Shown in pieces: positions 41,997 through 51,900 of a stretch of DNA of 64,000 nt. The DNA is from an uncultured virus (IMG/VR IMGVR_UViG_3300037312_001617) (taxonomy: Duplodnaviria > Heunggongvirae > Uroviricota > Caudoviricetes), in the IMG/VR virus record IMGVR_UViG_3300037312_001617, positions 1 to 64,000 of that record; one strand, given 5' to 3'. Position 1 is the stretch's first letter. Each line of letters opens with the position of its first letter. Made by a program: the position numbers and the translations under genes. The notes below the pieces were generated by a model that was not told the DNA's origin, searched no databases, and saw only the letters and a program-made list of their open reading frames with translations.

Positions 41997-43037
41997 ATGG
42001 ATAAAATTTTAGTGCGCAGAGGATTAAAAGGTGATTTGCCTGACCTTGATGAAGGAGAATTCGGATATTGCACAGACACTCGTGAAGTTTTTATTGGTAC
42101 TTCTACTGCTACGAATGTCCCGGTTGGAGGAGCATCAAATTTAGATGGTCTGACTGACGTCGATACGACGACAACTGCACCAACCAATGGTCAAGTGTTG
42201 AAATATGATTCTGCAACAAGCCTTTGGAAGCCGGGCACGGTGACAGGCGGTGGTGGAGGACCGACTTTAGTAGCTTCTTACACTCATACGAAGAACAAAG
42301 AGGTAGCTGTATCAGCTATTAACTATACAGATGGCACATTCTCTTCTACCGGTCATGGATTGGCTCTTAATGACACAGTGACCATTATTCCTAACAAGGA
42401 TATGGTTAATTCAGGTGTCAACGCTGGTAATGGTGGTAGCTATGTGGTTGGTTATTATCCTACGGGGATTTCCGCTAGGACTAAGTACTATGTAGTAAAT
42501 CCACAGACTGACTCATTCCAATTATCGGCTACTTCTGGTGGAGCGGCTATTGTTCCAACGAACCCGAACTCAACCGTGGACGTAACTAAGTGGCATTTTG
42601 AAAGACAGGTGGATTCTACTATCGACTTTGGAACACTTCCAGCGGCGGGTTCGAAATTCCGAATAGTGCTTAGTGGAAAGGTGTTACGAAGCAACACAGG
42701 TCAATTAAACGTATATGCGGGTTCATTGCAATTCCCATATACCAATTTACTTGTGTCCACCAATACTATCATGTCAGGATTCGGAAATGGCGTTTGGTCT
42801 TTAGCTGGTGACATGCACACCTACCGTGAATATGACCTTAATTCTGAGGGGTACTATTACATTCGACAAAGAGGAGTAGACTACGCTACCAATACTACTT
42901 CCGCATACACGGCTACTGTTCGTGATAATACAGGTATTTGTCAAGATTACACATTCTTCAATAAACAAATAACAAAAATAACGATCATTAACATTGATGC
43001 GGCGAATGGTTTAACTGTCCAACTTTATAGCATGTAA
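41997..43037 (+). CDS. Mtd_N-like headed tail-fibre protein
   Basis: KILVRRG..LDEGEFGYCTDTREVFIG; LTDVD...PTNGQVLKYD...W fibre motif; HGL...YYV...FQLSAT domain. Confidence 0.78.
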   Translation: MDKILVRRGLKGDLPDLDEGEFGYCTDTREVFIGTSTATNVPVGGASNLDGLTDVDTTTTAPTNGQVLKYDSATSLWKPGTVTGGGGGPTLVASYTHTKNKEVAVSAINYTDGTFSSTGHGLALNDTVTIIPNKDMVNSGVNAGNGGSYVVGYYPTGISARTKYYVVNPQTDSFQLSATSGGAAIVPTNPNSTVDVTKWHFERQVDSTIDFGTLPAAGSKFRIVLSGKVLRSNTGQLNVYAGSLQFPYTNLLVSTNTIMSGFGNGVWSLAGDMHTYREYDLNSEGYYYIRQRGVDYATNTTSAYTATVRDNTGICQDYTFFNKQITKITIINIDAANGLTVQLYSM

Positions 43038-43084
43038 TTTATGAAGCCAATAGGAGACTGTTGGCTTTTAAAGGAGGGTAAAAA

Positions 43085-45052
43085 ATGGCACCCAAAATTC
43101 AAATCAGAAGAGGGTTAAGTTCTAGTTTGCCGATCAATTTAGCAGAAGGTGAATTTGGCTTTACTACAGATTCAAAGGAACTTTATATTGGTTCAACCGG
43201 AGGGAATGTTAAGTTAGCGAAATATTCGGATTTAAGCTCGATTTCTGGTGGAAGTGTTATTGAGACTTATGAAACGGAAGCGGTAGGAGAATTATTCTAT
43301 CCGCCTGGCAACTACAACGCATGGTGTCCGAGCAATTTACAGTGGGATAAAACAAGAGGGGTCTTTGCGGTTCTGATTAATGCTGCTGATGCCCATGTAT
43401 TCACTAAGATAGACCAATACTTCTGTACAATTAATCCTGACACGCTTATTTCCACGAAACCTGTTCTTGTTAGTCCGAAAGATACTAGTGGGAATGCTGT
43501 TGCATGGGACACTCAAACATCTTCTAATAATTTTATGATACTAAATGATGGAACATATGTATTTTATAGAAGATTAGGTGGAGTTTATCAAAGAATAACC
43601 TCGACAGACGGTGGTGTCACTTGGGTTAATCAAGGACCTATTACTTTTACACCAGGTGGTATTATCACTACTTCCTCCAATATTTGGGGCATCCAAAAAC
43701 TATCTAGTGGAAGATTAATTATTGGATGGGGAGCTCAAGCGGAGGTTCGAGGAAAAATTTCATGGTCAGATAATGGGATAGATTGGAATGTTGTTAATAT
43801 CGGTTGGAATACAATAAGTCCAACACCTACAGCAGCAGAGCCTCATATTATTGAAGTGAAACCTGGTCAGTTAGTAAGTTTGGCGAGGATGACAAGCGCG
43901 GGTGCTACGGGTGGATTATCCCCTGAACCTGCCTTAATATCTTTCTCTAATGATAATGGTGCCTCTTGGACACCTTATGTAAAATCTTCATCAATTACTG
44001 ACATGAATGCATCTGGGGCTACAGCGTTTGTTCATGATGGTATGGTTGAAGTGTTCGTAGCTTCAAGATTCTATGGTAGTACAAGCAATGTAAACACAGG
44101 TGAAACTGGTGCGATCTATCATTATACCGCAACATTAGATAATGCATTAGCGGACAAATTCACCTTAAAAAATGTGAGTGTATTTGCAAATGCGGTAGAT
44201 AGCGTGGACTTCCATTCTCCTTGTGTGGCCATTGACAGTAAAAAAAGACTTCTTCTTATGTATATGGATCAAACGCATTATACCGTTACAACGGCAGAAG
44301 TGAACTATTTATTTGTAAGAGGTGGAAGGACATCTGTACCTAAATTAAATGCTGATGGAAAAAATGCGCCTCTATTTGGATATAGCGGGAAATATATTGA
44401 ATCACTAGTTTCAAATTTAAAAACAGAAATTGCTACTTTGCAAAACAAAGTATCCTTAATTAGCGGAGTAACAAATCCTGTTCCTGCTCCCAAAGGTACT
44501 TTAATTTGGACTAAAAAATATAATACTCAGCTTGAAAACAAATATGTATATGATTCTAGTAATGAATTTTCAGGTAGAGTGCAATGGGCATCACAAGCAA
44601 CTCCTTCTTACAATAATATTGAAACAGATGCAAATGGTATTAAATATCATAGTACGGGTACATCCGGAACAATTCTTATTCCTGTAACAAAGCCAAATTT
44701 TTCTATTCAATATACAGGCACAATTGGAAATGAATCGATATGGTCACCGACTGCAGCTGGTATTATCAATGGAGTAGCGTATGGAGCTATCTTTGTGGCA
44801 AAATATGGTGTTACTAAAAATATATATCATGAATTTAGATTTGAAAATTGGAATGGCAAAATGAAAGTATTCATCGATAATATTGAAATGCCTACTGTCG
44901 TAAGTACAAACTTTGATTCTAATTCATCTAATATGTACAGTAATACTTGGAGCCAAGCCCAAACTTTAGGTTATGTTGCAGGTAATACTTATGCGGTTGC
45001 CAGCATATCGTCTGGAAAAATCTATGACCTCAAATTTGGTGAATGGGATTAA
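43085..45052 (+). CDS. Mtd_N-like headed sialidase/BNR beta-propeller protein
   Basis: KIQIRRG..LAEGEFGFTTDSKELYIG; Asp-boxes STDGGVTW, SDNGIDW, SNDNGASW. Confidence 0.8.
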   Translation: MAPKIQIRRGLSSSLPINLAEGEFGFTTDSKELYIGSTGGNVKLAKYSDLSSISGGSVIETYETEAVGELFYPPGNYNAWCPSNLQWDKTRGVFAVLINAADAHVFTKIDQYFCTINPDTLISTKPVLVSPKDTSGNAVAWDTQTSSNNFMILNDGTYVFYRRLGGVYQRITSTDGGVTWVNQGPITFTPGGIITTSSNIWGIQKLSSGRLIIGWGAQAEVRGKISWSDNGIDWNVVNIGWNTISPTPTAAEPHIIEVKPGQLVSLARMTSAGATGGLSPEPALISFSNDNGASWTPYVKSSSITDMNASGATAFVHDGMVEVFVASRFYGSTSNVNTGETGAIYHYTATLDNALADKFTLKNVSVFANAVDSVDFHSPCVAIDSKKRLLLMYMDQTHYTVTTAEVNYLFVRGGRTSVPKLNADGKNAPLFGYSGKYIESLVSNLKTEIATLQNKVSLISGVTNPVPAPKGTLIWTKKYNTQLENKYVYDSSNEFSGRVQWASQATPSYNNIETDANGIKYHSTGTSGTILIPVTKPNFSIQYTGTIGNESIWSPTAAGIINGVAYGAIFVAKYGVTKNIYHEFRFENWNGKMKVFIDNIEMPTVVSTNFDSNSSNMYSNTWSQAQTLGYVAGNTYAVASISSGKIYDLKFGEWD

Positions 45053-45156
45053 TTTTTAGAAAGCCAGCATCACTGCTGGCTTTTTTATTTTCAGCAATCT
45101 TTCTGAAAGTTTGATAGAATTCTTTATAGGTATAAAGTCCTATAAGGAGGGGAAAT

Positions 45157-47574
45157 ATGACTCAAAAAATACAATTTAAGCGAGGGCAACAAAACGAACT
45201 ACCCACTTTAGCAATTGGAGAACCTGCCTTTACTTTAGATACGAAAAAAATGTTTGTCGGATCCTCTGGTGGAAATATAGAATTGGCAAAAAGTTCGGTT
45301 GTCCACAATATCTCTTATGTTGTGGACCTAGATCGATGGGGGATTACGCAAGGTTCCTTTGGAAAACCTCCTTATACAACAGACGAATGGGCGGTAGCTT
45401 ATAACAATATTCAAGGATTGAATGCCGCTTTGGTGTTTGCGAAGGATAATGGCTATAATCGAGTGATTCTTCCAAAAGGAACATATAGTTTCTGTTACAC
45501 AAACCCAACTGGCGGACCAAGACCAGTCGATATGAAGTCAATCCCCATTCAGTTATTCAGCAATCAAACATTAGACTTAAATGGTTCAACCTTTGAAGTT
45601 ATGTATGATTCCATTAACAAGAACCCATACGATTTATCACCAGATACCACAGAGCCATGGAGGTTATCAGGTAACCTTATTAGTTTGGATGAATGTATTA
45701 ATTCTCATGTAACCAACGGAAAGATCATTGGAGACATCCCCAACAGAAGTTTCTCTGATGCAGGAACTGGTTTTGAGTCGGAAAAGGGGATGGAGCAAAC
45801 AAGGGGAATTGGAATTAATAATGGAGCGAAAAACTGCTCTGTTTCCTTTATTGACATCTCTATGTTTATGGGTGACGCAATCCGTATCGGAAACACCCCT
45901 ACTCAAACAACTAACTGGAACGTCAGTGGATGGGGTAACAACACATGTAATCCTGGTTACATCAATAATGATGGGACCATTAATGCCTCTACGAGTGGAG
46001 CTTATCTCTCTCCAGAATATACCATTATTCAAGGAGAACATAAGGTTATTCAGTTGCGTACGAATGGAGGATACACACGTATCCCTGCTATCAAAGGTTT
46101 TTTCTTCGAGTTTGTATTCTTGGATAGCAGTAAAGTAGTGGTAGCAAGAAAGAAAGCTACTTACTTACAATCGGTTACTGTCCCTTATAATGCTGCATAT
46201 CTACGTATGCAGTTCACAGGACAAGATGTTGGTCTAACTACTTTTAAACCCGATTATGCGATTACTAAAGTGCAAGCAGCAAATATCCATATCCATCACT
46301 GCGATATCCACGATAACCACCGTGGAGGAATAAGTGGTGGAGCTGACGATACGCTGATCGAATGGAACCGTATTTATCATAATGGTTTAGATTCCAGTAT
46401 CGGAGTGCCTTTATTCCCTGATACAACTCGTTACTGTATCAACTTTGAGGATAGTTATTGTAATAAGGTAACGATCCGTAACAATCTGATGTTTTCCGGA
46501 TTCAATGGATTGCTATTGTCAGTCTACAATATCAATGTTACTGGGAACATTATGTACAATTTCTCTTCTGGCGTTCTTATATATAACAATGCTAGAACGG
46601 TTGTAAGAGATAATTTGTTCATTGATGCGGCTTCCATTGGATTGATGGATAATGTAGGTTTCCAACGAAGGGAAATTGACTTCGAACATAACTGGGTATT
46701 AGGCGGAAGTATGAGTGTAGACACTACCTCATATCCTTCAACGAGTGTTCAGATTAGAAATAACCGTTTGACGCCGGACTCCATTTCTCTTACAGGAGCC
46801 GTTTTATTCACAGGAAATAAATTAGACTCAACGACTGGGGATAAGAATACAGCGACTCAGTGGACTATTCGAGCTACAAGATGCACGAACAACGATTTTA
46901 ACAATTGTGCTGTACAGATTGATAAATATGATGATTCTAGCGTGTTCTCGGATAACCGCTTCAACTCTGTTGTGATCCGTCCGAGCAAATGGACGAATGA
47001 GATTGATTGGAGACGTACAAGATTCTATAACAGCTTTATCGATTGGTTGTATTTCTATGACAAGACAAAGAATGTCACAACCACTTTTACGGACTGTACG
47101 TTCCAAGATACCACATTCGATACAGGTCATGGATTCATCAACGATGCGACGAACGGAAACCTTACCGTATCAGTGCGATTCAAACGTTGTGAATTTAACA
47201 TGACCAACGCGATTGCATCTACTGTCATGATTACCTTAAATGATAACGTGGCAAGCTCATCTTACCCAGCCGGAGTAGCGCAACGTCAATACAAAGCTGT
47301 ATTCAAAGACTGTGAATTCAACAATACTTCGGATTCTCCTGTCCGTTATATTGCGAGTACGTCGAATAGTGGCTCTCAACCTAAGAACATGCTTTTAGAG
47401 CGATGCTCAATTGATACCGCTAGATTCAAGCTGTTCGGAGATTATGCGAACAACAGTGCAACCATGAGGGATACCGATTTCTTAAATGGAAGCACTCCGA
47501 TTACCATGACGAATGCTGCAGTGACTACAGTTAAACAAGTTGAGTCTAGCTGGAACGGTTCGACTTGGATATAG
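45157..47574 (+). CDS. Mtd_N-like headed beta-helix depolymerase
   Basis: KIQFKRG..LAIGEPAFTLDTKKMFVG; LPKGTY, TLDLNGS, HDNHRGGIS beta-helix. Confidence 0.8.
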   Translation: MTQKIQFKRGQQNELPTLAIGEPAFTLDTKKMFVGSSGGNIELAKSSVVHNISYVVDLDRWGITQGSFGKPPYTTDEWAVAYNNIQGLNAALVFAKDNGYNRVILPKGTYSFCYTNPTGGPRPVDMKSIPIQLFSNQTLDLNGSTFEVMYDSINKNPYDLSPDTTEPWRLSGNLISLDECINSHVTNGKIIGDIPNRSFSDAGTGFESEKGMEQTRGIGINNGAKNCSVSFIDISMFMGDAIRIGNTPTQTTNWNVSGWGNNTCNPGYINNDGTINASTSGAYLSPEYTIIQGEHKVIQLRTNGGYTRIPAIKGFFFEFVFLDSSKVVVARKKATYLQSVTVPYNAAYLRMQFTGQDVGLTTFKPDYAITKVQAANIHIHHCDIHDNHRGGISGGADDTLIEWNRIYHNGLDSSIGVPLFPDTTRYCINFEDSYCNKVTIRNNLMFSGFNGLLLSVYNINVTGNIMYNFSSGVLIYNNARTVVRDNLFIDAASIGLMDNVGFQRREIDFEHNWVLGGSMSVDTTSYPSTSVQIRNNRLTPDSISLTGAVLFTGNKLDSTTGDKNTATQWTIRATRCTNNDFNNCAVQIDKYDDSSVFSDNRFNSVVIRPSKWTNEIDWRRTRFYNSFIDWLYFYDKTKNVTTTFTDCTFQDTTFDTGHGFINDATNGNLTVSVRFKRCEFNMTNAIASTVMITLNDNVASSSYPAGVAQRQYKAVFKDCEFNNTSDSPVRYIASTSNSGSQPKNMLLERCSIDTARFKLFGDYANNSATMRDTDFLNGSTPITMTNAAVTTVKQVESSWNGSTWI

Positions 47575-47778
47575 GAACAAAAAAACGGAAAAAGGACTCC
47601 TTGTGTTTCTACAAGGAGTCCTTTTTGTTGAGCTGTTACATCTAGGGTACTCCAATTATAGCATGAATTCGAGATAAAAAGTATTGAAAGATTAAGATTT
47701 GATTAAAATTGTAAATACAAGGTGACAACTGATACAATAGTCCTAGTTTATTTTTATTAAAATGGAGGTTATCAATCT

Positions 47779-48051
47779 ATGAAAAATACCGTCACTCAAG
47801 AGCAAATTGACCGCCTGATCGAGGATGCGAAAGTCGATATACAAACCGCTTTTGGAAAAACCACGATTGTTTCGGTTCAATTGAAGAATGGATTTGTGTT
47901 TGTGGAGTCCAGCTCCTGCGTAGATCCTGCCAATTACAACGAGTCCATGGGCGCAGAGATTTGTATGAACCGCATCAAAAACAAGCTTTGGGAACTGGAA
48001 GGCTATCTGCTCCAAGAAACCATTTATCGTAATTCTTTAATCGAACAATAA
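47779..48051 (+). CDS. Phage Gp49/gp66 family protein
   Basis: KTT....LKNGF...ESSSCVDPANY...G..IC......LWELEGYLLQ. Confidence 0.85.
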   Translation: MKNTVTQEQIDRLIEDAKVDIQTAFGKTTIVSVQLKNGFVFVESSSCVDPANYNESMGAEICMNRIKNKLWELEGYLLQETIYRNSLIEQ

Positions 48052-48216
48052 AGGCAAAAAGGTCCCGTGTTTCCGCACGGGACCTTTTCTAAAGACAACT
48101 AGATAGCATAGTACGATTATACTACGTAATCGCGTCTTTTTGAATTGTCCCTTCGTTTTTATTTTCCTTTTGGCTATAATAAAGCTATTCGCTTTTATTT
48201 GAAAGGAGAAATAAAA

Positions 48217-48588
48217 TTGTTACGGCTGTTTAAAGAAAAACGGTATCGTCCTCTAGGCATTCTCTTACTGTGCCTGTTTGCTTATTTGATTGTAGCTGCA
48301 GTTGGCATGATTTCCATTTTCACAGGGCAATACGGCACGATGAAACCGATTATGGAATGGTTCGGCATGATTGTAAATTTGTATTGCCTTGTTTTCTGCA
48401 TTTTAAACTGGAGGATAGCTCACAAAGAATCCATCCAGAGAGAACAAGAATGGCAAAAGCGTTACAGTGAATTAGGAATCAAATATGAGCCGCAAATCGA
48501 TTACCTGAAATCCCGCCGTCAGTACGGATGGATGTGGACGCTTGCGATTGCAGTCAATTTGTTTTGTTTTAGCACTTACTTTTGGTAA
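48217..48588 (+). CDS. Membrane protein (3 TM)
   Basis: AAGGAG RBS before TTG 48217. Confidence 0.6.
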   Translation: MLRLFKEKRYRPLGILLLCLFAYLIVAAVGMISIFTGQYGTMKPIMEWFGMIVNLYCLVFCILNWRIAHKESIQREQEWQKRYSELGIKYEPQIDYLKSRRQYGWMWTLAIAVNLFCFSTYFW

Positions 48589-48619
48589 GCAGTTAGCCTT
48601 ATGGCTGGCTTACCATTTT

Positions 48620-49846
48620 TTATCCTATCTGTTCTAACATCTTATCTATTTCAGCTTTCTTTTCCTCAATTTTTTCTTTTTCCTCTATCAGTTTATTAAC
48701 TGTTTCAAGATTTTGCGGAAAAGATTTGTTTGCAGGATGTTTACGCATTAAAGATTTCAGGCGCTCTTGCTGTCTTTTTAATTCAGATAACGTCAATTCC
48801 TCGAAATTCTTCGTTTCAGGGCTATCCTGTTTTATTTCTTCTTTATCAAACCAATCTGGAAGCAATTCAGTTCGTATAGGTTTACCATTCCTCTTTTGCT
48901 TATCAGGAATATTGTTAAACTCTGTACGATTCCTCTTTAGCCAATTATTCATAACAGCTCCGAAGGTTTTAGGTCTTTCCGACATCTGATCCAATAAGCA
49001 AGCTAACACATAATCGTATTCAGACACCCAGTACGTTTCCTTAACGGCATTAAAATGTTTTTCAATGTCTGACACATTAATTTTATATTGAGTTAATCTA
49101 TCTATCCTATCCAGCAATGTATCCTTCACTACATCATTTAAAGAAGAATTATTGATTGATAGATTAATAAAATTATTTGATTCGTTATTAAAAGAATTTG
49201 AAACATTATTAGATATATTTGATACATTATTGGGTTTTGAATTTGAAACGGTGACCGTTTTATTTTTGAAACCCTCTACCGTTTTATTTTTGAAACCCTC
49301 TACCGTTTTATTTTTGAAACGGTACTTCTTATTAGACTTAACCAATTTAAGTTCTTTCTTTTTAGGTTCGACTGCATCGACTTTGCGTGGTCTTCCCCCT
49401 GTTTTACCCAGCTCCTTAGAAACAGATTCATAATCTTGATCCCAATCCCTAAGTTTTTCTAATCCCTGGTATTTCCTGACGATTTCATGAAACGGATATT
49501 CATAAACAATGATATTTTTAGGCTTCGTTGTTTTCCGTTCGCTTTCCTCGTATTCTACAATGTCAATTAATCCAAATTCCCATAAAGGCTTGATTAATCG
49601 ATAGAATTTACTTTTCGATATCTCTAATGTCTTTTTATAAATATTTTCAAAGCTCCTCGGAACACGATCATATTCTCTATCTTCGTCGTTGCGATCCACC
49701 CAAGTGTGAAACTTTAACCAGAGACAGAATGTTTCGTAACCTAATTTTTCAATCCAGTCATCACAAACTATATAAGTCAAATGGGGTAAGCTTAATTCTT
49801 CCCTTTTTTTCTTCCCTTTACCTACTGGTGAATTCTTTTTGGGCAT
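48620..49846 (-). CDS. Replication initiator protein (phage-type, N-terminal wHTH, internal iterons)
   Basis: LEISKSKFYRLIKPLWEFGLI wHTH; repeated KNKTVEGF; ELLPDWF C-terminal motif; GGAGG RBS before ATG 49846. Confidence 0.75.
   Translation of the reverse strand: MPKKNSPVGKGKKKREELSLPHLTYIVCDDWIEKLGYETFCLWLKFHTWVDRNDEDREYDRVPRSFENIYKKTLEISKSKFYRLIKPLWEFGLIDIVEYEESERKTTKPKNIIVYEYPFHEIVRKYQGLEKLRDWDQDYESVSKELGKTGGRPRKVDAVEPKKKELKLVKSNKKYRFKNKTVEGFKNKTVEGFKNKTVTVSNSKPNNVSNISNNVSNSFNNESNNFINLSINNSSLNDVVKDTLLDRIDRLTQYKINVSDIEKHFNAVKETYWVSEYDYVLACLLDQMSERPKTFGAVMNNWLKRNRTEFNNIPDKQKRNGKPIRTELLPDWFDKEEIKQDSPETKNFEELTLSELKRQQERLKSLMRKHPANKSFPQNLETVNKLIEEKEKIEEKKAEIDKMLEQIG
49176..49323. repeat. Iterons / origin inside rep
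   Basis: 24-bp ACCGTTTTATTTTTGAAACCCTCT at 49254 and 49278, partial palindromic copy at 49302, adjacent to ~21-bp AT-rich TTTGA..C.TTATT repeats. Confidence 0.75.
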
Positions 49847-49942
49847 AATAAAAACCTCCGATTTCCACCCGCCCAAAAAAAGACAATAGGAAAATAGAGG
49901 TTTGTTCTTCACATTTTTAAAATCGTATGTTAAAATTGATTT

Positions 49943-50045
49943 AACATACATGAAGAAACAAACCCCGTCTCTGCAAGTTTTTTTCGAAATCGTGGCCTAG
50001 GAAACCTCATTCGAATAAAACTTTTATGGCGGGTTTTTTTTATTT
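49943..50045 (+). ncRNA. Putative countertranscript RNA antisense to rep leader
   Basis: TTCACA-N17-TAAAAT promoter (49908-49936, extended TG); long stem-loop ending in T-run. Confidence 0.5.
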
Positions 50046-50062
50046 TATTTACAATTACATAG

Positions 50063-50302
50063 TTATCCACAATACGACAATTACAGACAACGTTTTCTAT
50101 TTTTATATTTGTCTGTCTATTTCTTAACTACTATTATACAAGCATAATATGAAATAATAATAGGACTAGAATCCTATCTTTTGAACAACCTTTCGACAAA
50201 GATGTGTCGAACATGTATGTAACACACAAAAAAGTCGTCCATTTGCATGCACGACAATACCGTTATCCACAGATATAAATAACTAAATAAAAGTTATCCA
50301 CA
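50063..50302 (+). promoter_or_regulatory. Three perfect DnaA boxes
   Basis: TTATCCACA at 50063, 50263, 50294. Confidence 0.75.
50192..50211. promoter_or_regulatory. Inverted pair of Spo0A boxes
   Basis: TTCGACA-aagatg-TGTCGAA (consensus TGNCGAA). Confidence 0.6.
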
Positions 50303-50497
50303 TCTGGATATCAGCTCGTCGTTAAATCCATGTTACAACAATAAGAAAATATTGGCAAGACCTAAAAATAAACCTTGCACAAAATATGAAGCTCTGTTAG
50401 TCTAATCTTGTGCCGATGGCACATAAATTAATAATATATCTGTCTCGTCGTTGAGCAGGGAAAAACACCGGAGCCATAGGCCCCGGTGTTTTTCTGT

Positions 50498-50998
50498 TTA
50501 CAATTGTTTTACATCATTCTGGTGGGTAATGTAATTAAAGACTTCATCGTCAGTTGTTCCAATAAATCCATCAAGATTGATGGGTTCTCCCTCTTTATCA
50601 TACCGACAAACAATCCAGTTTTTATCTCCATCCCAATTGTAAGTCGCTAAGTACCATCCTTCATCCTTCGTGCTGATCTCACAAGCAGAATTCATACCAC
50701 CAGTTTGAGCCATAGCCGCATCGATTCCAGCTTCTTTAAAGCGAAGCATTAAATTATGTTCGGCTGCTACGCAATCATCTACTTGAATCTTTTGACTGCA
50801 ATCGTCACAGAGAGTAACTTGATAACCTTTTGCCAATTCTTTTTCAGTAGTGACTTTATTCCACTCTTCTTCGCTTAATGTCTCATCACAAAATTTACCT
50901 GTTTTATAATCATAACCTCTGTTTTTGAATGTTGGTCCATGGCATTCATAACAAACTACTTTTGCCCATGGAGTCCAAATACCTGGTTTAATGTTCAT
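50498..50998 (-). CDS. Hypothetical protein with two CxxC pairs
   Basis: CYEC, CDDC; followed by terminator at about 50460-50495. Confidence 0.7.
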   Translation of the reverse strand: MNIKPGIWTPWAKVVCYECHGPTFKNRGYDYKTGKFCDETLSEEEWNKVTTEKELAKGYQVTLCDDCSQKIQVDDCVAAEHNLMLRFKEAGIDAAMAQTGGMNSACEISTKDEGWYLATYNWDGDKNWIVCRYDKEGEPINLDGFIGTTDDEVFNYITHQNDVKQL

Positions 50999-51004
50999 TT
51001 TCTA

Positions 51005-51613
51005 TTACCTCTTTGCTAGTGACTTTAATTTTTCTTCGGCTTCTTTTCGAGTAGGAAAAACTCTTGATAAGCTTGGTGCCTTTAATGTGAAATATTCACC
51101 TTTGGCATCATGACCTACAATATAAGCGTGGTAGTTTGTTTTTGTTCCTTTGCCGAAAACTACAGGAATAATTTCTCCGCTATTTACAAAGTAACCAGTA
51201 TCTCCTTCGTACCATTCATCCATTCCTTTTAATTGTTTACCTTCGATGAAGTCATCGACTGGAGTTGAAGGATCTGCTTTTTGATAAAAACCAATAGTTC
51301 CTTGATAATTTCTGTGCCCTTGAACGACTGCGTGAATTGGGTACTTGTTTCCAGGTTTGTAAGCTGTAATGATTGCCTTTTCTCCTTTTTCGTTTAGGAT
51401 TAGGCGACCAGGTTTAATATCCTCAGCTGAAAGAGCGGTTCCATTAACGATGGATGTACGATGTTTTGGGATTTCTACCTTCACCATCTTTTGAAATTCC
51501 TTTTTGGCTAACTCAACAAGTTCTTGATCCGAAATTCCCTTAACGACGGATAAATTAATGGTGACTGGATCTACGTGGAAAATGACTGATTTGTTTTCTT
51601 TTTTTGCTGGCAT
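51005..51613 (-). CDS. Hypothetical protein
   Basis: AAGGAG RBS. Confidence 0.7.
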   Translation of the reverse strand: MPAKKENKSVIFHVDPVTINLSVVKGISDQELVELAKKEFQKMVKVEIPKHRTSIVNGTALSAEDIKPGRLILNEKGEKAIITAYKPGNKYPIHAVVQGHRNYQGTIGFYQKADPSTPVDDFIEGKQLKGMDEWYEGDTGYFVNSGEIIPVVFGKGTKTNYHAYIVGHDAKGEYFTLKAPSLSRVFPTRKEAEEKLKSLAKR

Positions 51614-51696
51614 AATAAAACATCTCCTTTAATAATTATGAAAATAGAAAAAGAGACAATTTTCTAATCGTCTCCTTTGCTACTTTTCTTATAACA

Positions 51697-51900
51697 CTAC
51701 GCCCTTTCGGGCGCATATTTTAGTTTTGGTCTGCCATCTGTATAGCTCATGCTTTCTACACGTCCTCCAATGGTTTCTAAATAAGTTACCAATTTATCTA
51801 AGAAATGAAGTAGAGTTTCTTGATTTTCGATTTTACCTTCGTGGGCCATTTCGCAATAAAGGTTATCTGCCTGTGTTGTTAATTCATCTAATAAATTCAT
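51697..51900 (-). CDS. Hypothetical protein
   Basis: AGGAGG RBS. Confidence 0.6.
   Translation of the reverse strand: MNLLDELTTQADNLYCEMAHEGKIENQETLLHFLDKLVTYLETIGGRVESMSYTDGRPKLKYAPERA

Noticed and set aside
38939..42187. Several antisense ORFs of 80-160 aa
   Set aside because: Shadows of Ser/Thr/Gly-rich plus-strand genes; no RBS or motifs.
41997..47574. Diversity-generating retroelement suggested by Mtd_N-like domains
   Set aside because: No reverse transcriptase or TR/VR repeat pair seen in the window.
49254..49323. 24-bp direct repeats as a mini-CRISPR
   Set aside because: Contiguous with no spacers and inside rep; iteron-like.
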